DNA from: Bacillota bacterium
GTDB taxonomy: Bacteria > Bacillota > Ch66 > Ch109
Assembly: GCA_050952625.1 (NCBI GenBank)
Contig: JBMNLH010000006.1
Span: 1 to 62,840 of the forward strand
Length of the DNA stretch: 62,840 bases
Direction of reading: 5' to 3'
Positions 38,215 through 46,159 of the stretch are shown piece by piece (positions within the stretch are counted from its first letter, which is position 1; each line of letters opens with the position of its first letter). Position numbers and translations under genes: made by a program. Below the pieces are notes generated by a model. It did no database searches. It was given only the letters and a program-made list of their open reading frames with translations, and was not told the DNA's origin.

Positions 38215-39436
38215 CGAATACCTCACACCTTTGCACGAAGTAGGAGATTATAATTTCACAGGCTTCTTTGTATTTGCGGCCAGTCTTTTCAAACAATGTT
38301 TCAACGAGCAGATTATAAATGGCACTTTGGGAGGGAAGCGATTCGCTTGCATCTTCATACATCCGCTTAATACTTTTAGCAAACTTATCAACGTTTAGCT
38401 TGTTTTCTCCTGCCAATCGATCTAACGCATTATTAACGCCTTCATACAACTGCGTAACATCAAAAAGCACCCGCTCTTTCAACCGCTTTTCAGTGACTTT
38501 CTTTTCCACCTTGACAGGTTCTATTTTGAGACGTGTATCATCTGTAACATCCATTAAGTTTACTTCACGAAGCACATCTTCAATTTGATTTTGCAATGTA
38601 TATAGTGACGTTGCATTCCTTGCCGCCGTGAGATTTTCTAAATAATGTTTGTCCGATAATAAAGCCAATTTATCGTCTTCTGAGGCATTTTGCATTTCGC
38701 GTTCACAGTCAACACATAGAATAACATCATCAGTTTCAGAAAGGTGAACGACTTTAGCGTAATTAACGTCGTTACCTTCTATTTTTATGCCTAATGGTCT
38801 CCCACATTTTTGACATTTGCCGCCTGTCTCTGTTAGTAAAACCAAAGCGCGAGTGTTAATCGCTATTTCATCGGCGATCCCCATTGAGAAATTGCTGTAT
38901 GCCGTAAGAAAGTCTATGCTCGTTTTTTGTGTGTCAAAGGACTGTATGTACTCACCGGTTATCTCTCTTATGCTTTCTTGACAGTTGCGGTTTTCTACAT
39001 TGACCACCGTATATAGGAAAAGCCCGGCCAGAAAGTCTTCTAATACAAAAGCATTACGTCCTGCAATAGTTGCTTTTGTCATTCCGTTAACTCTTTCCAC
39101 AATTGTATCAGGCTCGATTGTGTCATCAGAAGCGACGATATCCTTCAACGCAAGAACGATGTGGCTCCTTTTGTTGCTGTCCAGAAGAGATAGGATATTA
39201 TGTTTGAAATAATCAGCAACAGTACGCAAGTCCACTGTTGGGGCATTTTCAGTCACGATAGGCGATAGATTTTTCTTACCACGAACCAAATCTGAAGTAG
39301 TGCCATCATCTTCACGAATATCATAATTTGGCGCAATAGAAAGCAAGATGGTGCCACACAACCGCTTTTGCGTAACGCTTTTTGCTTTACAAAGCGTTAA
39401 AACCGTTGCGTAAGAACCAAAGCACAGCTTTTTCAT
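38198..39436 (-). CDS. ABC three-component effector (LmuA-like): putative Xre-like HTH + degenerate Zn/HNH + ABC-3C C-terminal domain
   Basis: C-terminal IIISYFVQRCEVF; CQKC...LCVDCE; N-terminal TQKRL...TTSDLVRGKKNLS. Confidence 0.72.
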   Translation of the reverse strand: MKKLCFGSYATVLTLCKAKSVTQKRLCGTILLSIAPNYDIREDDGTTSDLVRGKKNLSPIVTENAPTVDLRTVADYFKHNILSLLDSNKRSHIVLALKDIVASDDTIEPDTIVERVNGMTKATIAGRNAFVLEDFLAGLFLYTVVNVENRNCQESIREITGEYIQSFDTQKTSIDFLTAYSNFSMGIADEIAINTRALVLLTETGGKCQKCGRPLGIKIEGNDVNYAKVVHLSETDDVILCVDCEREMQNASEDDKLALLSDKHYLENLTAARNATSLYTLQNQIEDVLREVNLMDVTDDTRLKIEPVKVEKKVTEKRLKERVLFDVTQLYEGVNNALDRLAGENKLNVDKFAKSIKRMYEDASESLPSQSAIYNLLVETLFEKTGRKYKEACEIIISYFVQRCEVFDEIAE

Positions 39437-39459
39437 AAATTGCGCCCCCTTAATTAAAT

Positions 39460-39678
39460 CTAAGAATTCGATGCATCATCATCGACATAGTCAACAATAT
39501 CACCAATGTTCACATCAAGAGCCTTACAGATTCTGGCTAATACGTCCATGCTTACCGGCAAGTCCTTACTCATCTTCGCTATCGTAGTTGATGTCAGATT
39601 CGTCTTTGCCATCAAGTCTTTTTTCATCATCTTTTTATCAATTAATAGTTTCCAAAGCTTGTTATAACTAAATGCCAT
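39460..39678 (-). CDS. Small Cro/CI-type HTH regulator (HTH_26-like)
   Basis: SYNKLWKLLIDK.M.K.DL.....S..TIAK......V....L..IC..L...IGDI; GGAGG RBS. Confidence 0.9.
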   Translation of the reverse strand: MAFSYNKLWKLLIDKKMMKKDLMAKTNLTSTTIAKMSKDLPVSMDVLARICKALDVNIGDIVDYVDDDASNS

Positions 39679-39727
39679 TATATCGCCTCCAAGCATTCTG
39701 GACGCTCTTAAAATAAGTTATTACCTA

Positions 39728-39736
39728 ATTATAGCA
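39728..39736 (-). promoter_or_regulatory. Extended -10 promoter of the leftward defence operon
   Basis: Minus strand TGcTATAAT about 50 nt upstream of the Xre start. Confidence 0.6.
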
Positions 39737-39831
39737 AATAACTAAGCAAATAAAAAACATAAATTTAAATATGTTAATTAAATCTTTGCAAACGCTTAGT
39801 CCAATTTTCTGCGATAAAAACAAATGAAAAT

Positions 39832-39899
39832 TTGCTGAGTAATAGCGGAGTGATAGCGGAGCTGTAGCTGAGGACTCACCGTGCTTGAGCCAATAAAAT
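39832..39899 (+). promoter_or_regulatory. Four 11-bp-phased direct repeats plus a -10 box: putative activator-dependent rightward promoter
   Basis: TTGCTGAG 39832, TAGCGGAG 39843, TAGCGGAG 39854, TAGCTGAG 39865; TAAAAT 39894-39899. Confidence 0.65.
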
Positions 39900-39952
39900 C
39901 AATATAGACGGTCAGACAAGCCGTACTTTTCATGGAAAGGAGATGCGTCGAG

Positions 39953-40102
39953 ATGCGAGATATCCGAAACGCTCGCGGCAAGCTGGTCTGCCGCCTGGAT
40001 GAGAAAGCTGGCGTCGTAGAAATTGTCCACAAAGGCTGCAAGACGCTGATTTTTATTAAACCAGATGGAACAGCAGAAATCATAAATACAGAAGTAGCAT
40101 AA
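39953..40102 (+). CDS. 49-aa protein missing from the ORF track
   Basis: AAGGAG RBS; MRDIRNARGKLVCRLDEKAGVVEIVHKGCKTLIFIKPDGTAEIINTEVA. Confidence 0.7.
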   Translation: MRDIRNARGKLVCRLDEKAGVVEIVHKGCKTLIFIKPDGTAEIINTEVA

Positions 40103-40126
40103 CCGCAAACACAAGTCAATAACGAG

Positions 40127-40260
40127 AATCCGCAGAACCGCGAGACGGGCAGAGATGACACCAACCACTGGTGTCGCCGCCCGTCTCGTTTTGTTTCTAC
40201 GGATTTGAGACATCGGCCCCCTGCGGATTTTCAAGCCAACTTTTGAAAATCGCAGGAGGA
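40127..40260 (+). promoter_or_regulatory. Structured leader RNA with terminator-like and RBS-sequestering hairpins
   Basis: CGAGACGGGC/GCCCGTCTCG + TTTTGTTT; CCTGCG-ATTTTCAA/TTGAAAAT-CGCAGG overlaps the AGGAGG RBS. Confidence 0.65.
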
Positions 40261-40265
40261 AAAAG

Positions 40266-40649
40266 ATGTTAATAAATTACAAAGATGCCGATGGCAGAAT
40301 CATCGAATTGGAGGTTTCTGACGAAGTCGGTACCTTCTATCTCAGTTCTGTAGAAGAAGAAAAGAAAAATGAACGGCGGGAAACCCGCCGCCACACTTCC
40401 CTTGAGAGTTTCACCTATGAGGACAAGCGGTTCTTTGACGATGGAACGGACTTGCTTGCCGATCTTATAGCTTCAGAAACTGTTAGCCGCGCTATGTCCC
40501 ACCTGACCGAGCGACAGCAGTACCTTATCCGTAAAACCTGTCTGGAAGGTTGGAAATACACAGAACTTGCCGCCCTGGAAGGCGTGGACGAGTCCGCTAT
40601 ACGCCACGCCGTAAACCGAGCAAAGAACAAACTCAAAAAAATGTTATAG
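40266..40649 (+). CDS. Sigma-70 region-4 family regulator
   Basis: RR..R..SLE; L.ERQ......EG....E.A..EGV.ESAI......A..KLKK. Confidence 0.85.
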   Translation: MLINYKDADGRIIELEVSDEVGTFYLSSVEEEKKNERRETRRHTSLESFTYEDKRFFDDGTDLLADLIASETVSRAMSHLTERQQYLIRKTCLEGWKYTELAALEGVDESAIRHAVNRAKNKLKKML

Positions 40650-40651
40650 TA

Positions 40652-40717
40652 ACCGTCCGATTTATCTTCCGCAGGTGGCATAAGGCAGAAGGCACAAGAA
40701 ATCAGCCTTCGGAAAGG
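40652..40717 (+). promoter_or_regulatory. Element-specific promoter motif, copy 1
   Basis: ACCGTCCGATT-N11-GGTGGC-N8-GAAGGC..GCCTTC-GGAAAGG. Confidence 0.7.
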
Positions 40718-40730
40718 CAAGGTGATCCGA

Positions 40731-40955
40731 ATGAAGCACACGCTTAGAATTAGTGTTTCAAAGGAACCACAGGGCGGCGGAATAGTTGGCTGTCGCCGTG
40801 TCACCGTGCGCGAGAGACTGCTGCGTCTCCTGCTTGGTGACAAGCAAAGGCTGACGGTCATTGTCCCAGGCGACAGTGTGAGAGCGCTTTCAATTATTGA
40901 GGAGGGGGGTGATAGCCATGAGCAAAACCAAGCTATTGCTGGATGTAGCGGCTAA
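40731..40955 (+). CDS. Phage hypothetical protein
   Basis: MKHTLRISVSK...VRERLLRLLLG...TVIVPGDSV; coupled to the next gene. Confidence 0.75.
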   Translation: MKHTLRISVSKEPQGGGIVGCRRVTVRERLLRLLLGDKQRLTVIVPGDSVRALSIIEEGGDSHEQNQAIAGCSG

Positions 40956-41241
40956 CCTAAAAAATCTGGCAGACAGCATTTGGGCTGTAGCAGAGACAAT
41001 GGCGGATGGTGAGCCTAGCGGGGCTTTGAAGCCGGAAGCACCAAATGTCAAAAAGGAAGAAAAACCTGAAACCAAAGCGGTCACGCTTGAGCAAGTCCGG
41101 GCTGTGCTGGCTGCGAAAAGCCATGATGGCTTTACCGCTGAGGTCCGAGCACTGTTGGAGAAGCACGGTGCATCAAGGCTCAGTGAGATTGACCCGGCGA
41201 ATTATCCCGCACTTCTCACGGATGCGGAGGGGCTGAAATGA
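40918..41241 (+). CDS. Phage replication-region protein
   Basis: TLEQVRAVLA.KS..G....VR.LL.K.GA..LSEIDP..Y; precedes DUF2800. Confidence 0.75.
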   Translation: MSKTKLLLDVAANLKNLADSIWAVAETMADGEPSGALKPEAPNVKKEEKPETKAVTLEQVRAVLAAKSHDGFTAEVRALLEKHGASRLSEIDPANYPALLTDAEGLK

Positions 41242-42365
41242 GTAAACACGCTATACTCTCCGCTTCTGGAGCGCACCGCTGGATGAACTGTACTCCATCA
41301 GCCAGGCTGGAACTGGAGTTTGATGAGAGTGAAAGCGAAGCCGCTGCTGAGGGTACCGCAGCTCATGCCCTCGCTGAACACAAACTGCGCCGAGCACTAA
41401 AAATGCGCTCGAAGAAGCCAATCTCCAAGTACGACTGCGACGAAATGGACGCCCACACCGGCGCTTACGTGGATTTTGTGCTTGAAACCATCGCCCAGAT
41501 AAAGTTGACCTGCAACGACCCGTTGGTGCTGATTGAGCAGAGGTTGGATTTTTCCAGGTATGTACCGGATGGTTTCGGAACCGGCGACTGCGTTATTATC
41601 GGCGATGGTACACTCCATGTTATTGATTTTAAGTATGGGCAGGGCGTTCTGGTGAATGCCAAGGACAATCCCCAGATGAAGCTGTATGCACTTGGTGCCC
41701 TGGAACTGTTTGACGGGATATATGACGTCAGTACAGTGGCCATGACCATTTTTCAGCCACGCCGGGAGAATGTCAGCACCTTCACGGTATTTAAGGAATC
41801 GCTTTATCAATGGGCGGAGGAAACACTGATACCCACGGCTGAGTTGGCTTTTAAAGGTGAGGGCGACTACGTCCCGGGTGAACACTGTCAGTTCTGCCGG
41901 GCTGCGGTAAAGTGTCGAGCCAGAGCCGAAGCCAAGCTTAAACTGGCGGCCTTTGAGTTTGCACTTCCTCCCTTGCTTTCCGATGAGGAAATTGGTGAGG
42001 TTCTTAATTTGATCGGCGACCTGACCAGTTGGGCAAATGAGATTATAGCCTATGCCACAGACGCTGCTGTGAACCATGGCAAGGATTGGCCCGGCTTCAA
42101 GGTGGTCGAGGGGCGCTCCGTCCGGAAATATACCGACGAGAAGGCCGTCGCCGAAACGGCAATAGCTGCTGGATACCGCGACATCTATAGAGAGAGCCTT
42201 ATCACCATTACTGAGATGGAAAAGCTGATGGGCAAATCCAAGTTTAATGAAATTCTCGGCGGACTGGTTATAAAGCCGCCCGGCAAACCGACCCTGGTTC
42301 CGGTTTCGGATAAGCGACCGGCGATGAGTATATCAAACGCAAAAAACGAATTTATGGAGGTTTAA
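41238..42365 (+). CDS. DUF2800 PD-(D/E)xK exonuclease-like protein
   Basis: HA.LSAS..HRW.NC.PS; FGTGD; IDFKYG; C.FC.....C. Confidence 0.88.
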   Translation: MSKHAILSASGAHRWMNCTPSARLELEFDESESEAAAEGTAAHALAEHKLRRALKMRSKKPISKYDCDEMDAHTGAYVDFVLETIAQIKLTCNDPLVLIEQRLDFSRYVPDGFGTGDCVIIGDGTLHVIDFKYGQGVLVNAKDNPQMKLYALGALELFDGIYDVSTVAMTIFQPRRENVSTFTVFKESLYQWAEETLIPTAELAFKGEGDYVPGEHCQFCRAAVKCRARAEAKLKLAAFEFALPPLLSDEEIGEVLNLIGDLTSWANEIIAYATDAAVNHGKDWPGFKVVEGRSVRKYTDEKAVAETAIAAGYRDIYRESLITITEMEKLMGKSKFNEILGGLVIKPPGKPTLVPVSDKRPAMSISNAKNEFMEV

Positions 42366-42369
42366 TACT

Positions 42370-42948
42370 ATGTCAAATACAGCAAACAGAGTTAATCGTA
42401 GTCCTGGGAAAAATCCCACCAAGGTTATCACCGGCATTGTACGTCTATCCTATGCGAACGTATGGGAACCCAAGTCTATAAACGGCGGCGCGGAAAAATA
42501 CAGTGTCAGCCTGATTATCCCCAAGTCAGACACTAAGACCATCGCGGCCATCAATGCAGCTGTGGATGCAGCAATCGAGGAAGGCAAAGGCAAATTTGGC
42601 GGCAAGATTCCTTCTAAAGCGCAGTTAAAACTTCCGCTTCGTGATGGCGATGTCGACCGCCCTGATGACGAAGCCTACTCCAACAGCTATTTTGTAAACG
42701 CCAATAGCAATACCGCTCCGCAAATCGTGGACAGGCAAGTCAACCCTATCCTTGAGCGTTCAGAAATCTATTCTGGTGTTTACGCAAGAGTCAGCATAAA
42801 CTTTTATGCCTTCAACTCCAACGGCAACAAAGGAATTGCCTGTGGCTTGGGCAACATCCAGAAAATTCGTGACGGTGAACCGCTGGGCAGCAAATCAAGT
42901 GCTGCTGATGATTTTGCCACTGATGTGGACGATGATTTTCTGTCATGA
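42370..42948 (+). CDS. DUF2815 ssDNA-binding protein
   Basis: RLSYA.VWEP, KYSVSLIIPK, LPLRDGD, acidic tail DDDFLS. Confidence 0.9.
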   Translation: MSNTANRVNRSPGKNPTKVITGIVRLSYANVWEPKSINGGAEKYSVSLIIPKSDTKTIAAINAAVDAAIEEGKGKFGGKIPSKAQLKLPLRDGDVDRPDDEAYSNSYFVNANSNTAPQIVDRQVNPILERSEIYSGVYARVSINFYAFNSNGNKGIACGLGNIQKIRDGEPLGSKSSAADDFATDVDDDFLS

Positions 42949-44878
42949 GAACGCTTAGTATTGATTTAGAGACTTTCAGCACGGTAGACCTCGCGAAAAG
43001 CGGGGTCTATCGCTATACTGAGTCCCCGGATTTTGAAATCCTGTTGTTCGGCTACAGTGTTGACGGTGGAGGTGTTCAGGTTATTGATCTGGCCAGAGGT
43101 GAACATCTGCCGGATGAGATTTACAGCGCCCTTTTAGATGAATCCATTATCAAATGGGCACATAATGCGCAGTTTGAACGGGTATGTCTGTCCCGCTATC
43201 TTAACCAGTGGCTGAAACCAAATTCCTGGCGCTGCACCATGGTCTGGTCCGCCTATCTTGGTCTGCCTTTATCGCTGGAGGGCGCTGCGTTGGTCACCGG
43301 CGCAGAAAAGCAAAAGCTGACCGAGGGGAAAGATCTAATCCGCTACTTCTCCATGCCCTGCAAGCCTACAAAAACAAACGGCCAGCGAACACGTAATCTC
43401 CCGAACACGACCTTGAAAGATGGGAACGCTTCAAAGCCTATAATGCCCGCGATGTGGAAACGGAAATGGCTTTGCAGGCAAAGCTGGCGAACTTTCCCGT
43501 ACCGGAGGATGAGTGGAAAAACTATATCCTTGACCAGGAAATCAATGATCGAGGTATCCTGCTGGACATGACCCTGGTCAGGCAGGCGATCAGCTGTGAT
43601 GAGCAATCCCGGTCGGAACTGACGCGAGTTATGCAAGAACTGACTGCATTGGATAATCCCAACTCAGTCGCGCAGATGAAGTCCTGGCTTGCTGATCATG
43701 GCCTTGAAACAGATACGTTGGACAAGGCCACGGTTAAGGAACTGCTTAAGACCGCACCCGGCAGTCTGGGACGTGTTTTAGAATTACGGCAGAAGCTAGC
43801 CAAGTCCAGTATAAAGAAATACACAGCGATGGAAAACGCAGTCTGCTCCGACAGTAGGGCGCGCGGGTTGCTGCAGTTCTACGGAGCTAATCGTACTGGT
43901 CGCTTTGCTGGGCGGTTGATCCAAGTACAAAACCTTCCGCAAAACCATCTATCGGATTTAGAGGAAGCTCGTAATCTTATTCGTTCCGGGCAATTTGATG
44001 CAGCAGAGATGCTCTATGAATCTGTGCCCTCCGTTTTATCCGAACTTATCCGTACCGCATTCATCCCCAAATCTGGATTCAAATTTATCGTTGCTGACTT
44101 TTCCGCCATTGAGGCTAGAGTAATAGCCTGGTTGGCGGGTGAAACATGGCGTAATGAGGTATTTGCCACTCATGGCAAGATTTATGAAGCATCAGCTGCG
44201 CAGATGTTCCATGTCCCCATTGGAGAGGTCACCAAAGGCAGCCCGCTGCGCCAGAAAGGGAAAATAGCCGAATTGGCGCTTGGCTACGGCGGATCAGTCG
44301 GTGCTTTAACCGCTATGGGCGCTCTTGATATGGGGCTTACTGAGGATGAACTCCAGCCGCTGGTAACCTCTTGGCGAAAGGCCAATCCCAATATCGTCCG
44401 GTTCTGGTGGGACGTTGACCGGGCTGCCAAAAGGGCGGTCAAGGATCGCGTCACTACGGAAACACACGGAATCCGTATTGGGTACCGCAGCGGAATGCTG
44501 TTTATAACCTTGCCATCCGGCAGGAACCTTTACTATGTAAAGCCCCGAATAGAACTAAACCGCTTCGGCAGCGAATCGGTGACATATGAGGGTATTGGTG
44601 CCGCAAAAAAATGGGAACGCATCGAAAGCTACGGGCCTAAGTTTGTGGAGAACATTGTACAGGCAGCATCCAGGGATATCCTTTGTTATGCCATGCGCCG
44701 TTTGGATGCCTTGGGCTACAACATAGTGATGCATGTTCATGACGAGGTTGTGATTGAAGCCCCGGCTCGGGCATCGGTTGATGATATCTGCACCGTCATG
44801 AGTGAGTCCCCAACTTGGGCAAAGGGGCTTTTGCTTCGCGCCGATGGCTTTGAGTGCCAGTTCTATAAAAAAGATTAG
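42945..44878 (+). pseudogene. Family A phage DNA polymerase, frameshifted near 43400 (real or sequencing error)
   Basis: IDLET exonuclease motif in the 5' frame; ADFSAIEAR, RQKGK.AELALGYGG, HVHDE in the 3' frame; one added C restores RNLPEHDLERW. Confidence 0.85.
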
Positions 44879-44892
44879 AAAAAAGTTAATGG

Positions 44893-44963
44893 ACCGTCCG
44901 ATTCCGCTCCTTGTGGTGGCGATATAGCGAAGGCCACAAACAAAATCTAAGCCTTCGGAAAGG
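44893..44963 (+). promoter_or_regulatory. Element-specific promoter motif, copy 2
   Basis: Same boxes and the same N11 and N8 spacings as 40652-40717. Confidence 0.7.
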
Positions 44964-44973
44964 ACGAATCCAT

Positions 44974-45759
44974 ATGAACGAACTACAGGTATTCTCCTAC
45001 GAGGGAAAGGAGATCAGAACCATCCAGAGGAACGGCGAAACATGGTGGGTACTAAAGGATGTGTGCGGAGTGCTGGGACTCAGCAATGCTCGCATGATTG
45101 CCGACCGGCTTGATGAGGATGATGTAAGTCTGGCTTACGTCACCGACAGCATGGGCAGGCGGCAGCAAACCAACATCGTTAATGAGAGCGGGCTTTACAA
45201 CGTTATCCTGCGCTCTGACAAGCCCGAAGCCAAGAAGTTTAAACGCTGGGTTACTCATGAGGTGCTTCCTCAGATAAGGAGACACGGAGCCTACATCACG
45301 ACATCCAAAATAGAAGAAATCATGAATGATCCCGACTCTTGGATCAAGCTGCTGACCGCCCTGAAAGAAGAACGCCAGGAAAAAGCGCGGCTTCAGCTGC
45401 AGGCTGCCCAGGATAAGCCGAAGGTGGTATTTGCCGATGCTGTATCAGCATCGGACGGAACCATTTTAATCGGCGAACTGGCTAAAATTCTCAAAGGCAA
45501 CGGTATTGAAATCGGGCAAAACCGCCTGTTTGAAAGGCTACGCCAGGACGGTTTCCTTATCAAGCGCAAAGGCACCGACTACAACGCGCCAACTCAGAAG
45601 GCCATGGAACTTGGTCTTTTCAAAGTTAAAGAAACCGCCATTACCCATTCGGATGGTCATGTCACCATCAGTAAAACCACCAAAGTTACTGGCAAAGGGC
45701 AGCAGTATTTTGTCAACTACTTCCTCGGGGGAGGGGTGGATAGGGATGGACGAGCATAA
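44974..45759 (+). CDS. Phage antirepressor (BRO-N + ANT/KilA-C)
   Basis: NESGLY..IL.S.KPEAKKFKRWVT.EVLP.IR; KPKV.FADAV; TKVTGKGQ.YF. Confidence 0.92.
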   Translation: MNELQVFSYEGKEIRTIQRNGETWWVLKDVCGVLGLSNARMIADRLDEDDVSLAYVTDSMGRRQQTNIVNESGLYNVILRSDKPEAKKFKRWVTHEVLPQIRRHGAYITTSKIEEIMNDPDSWIKLLTALKEERQEKARLQLQAAQDKPKVVFADAVSASDGTILIGELAKILKGNGIEIGQNRLFERLRQDGFLIKRKGTDYNAPTQKAMELGLFKVKETAITHSDGHVTISKTTKVTGKGQQYFVNYFLGGGVDRDGRA

Positions 45760-46159
45760 CAGCGAGGGCTGCCCGGAACATATAGCCACTCTTTCTTTGG
45801 ACTGTGCGGCGCAAAAGGAAATAAGGCACCGTCAGCTGGTTTACATATGCTCTCCTTTTGCCGGTGACACGAAACACAACATCATCCGTGTGCTGGGCTA
45901 TTGTCGGTTTGCAGTTAGCAAGGGATATATCCCCCTCGCGCCTCATCTTCACTACCCACAGTTTATGGATGATAGTGACCAAAAAGAGCGCGAACTCGGA
46001 CTATATTTTGCCCTGGTTCTACTTAGCAAATGCGATCAGCTATGGGTGTTCGGGTGCCGGATATCAGATGGTATGGCTCAGGAAATCAGCAAAGCAAAAA
46101 AGCAGGGCATACCCATTCGGCACTTTACCGAGAAGTGTGAGGAGGTGCAGGTAACGTGA
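45746..46159 (+). CDS. DUF4406-like phage protein
   Basis: VYICSPFAGD, PLAPHL.YPQF, C..LWVFG..IS.GM..EI. Confidence 0.8.
   Translation: MDEHNSEGCPEHIATLSLDCAAQKEIRHRQLVYICSPFAGDTKHNIIRVLGYCRFAVSKGYIPLAPHLHYPQFMDDSDQKERELGLYFALVLLSKCDQLWVFGCRISDGMAQEISKAKKQGIPIRHFTEKCEEVQVT

Noticed and set aside
41238-42365. DUF2800 as Cas4 of a CRISPR system
   Set aside because: Cas4-like fold, but it sits in the standard phage nuclease-SSB-polymerase module with no array or cas1/cas2.
43395-43460. Programmed ribosomal frameshift or intron in the polymerase gene
   Set aside because: No slippery heptamer or inserted sequence; one missing base explains the break.
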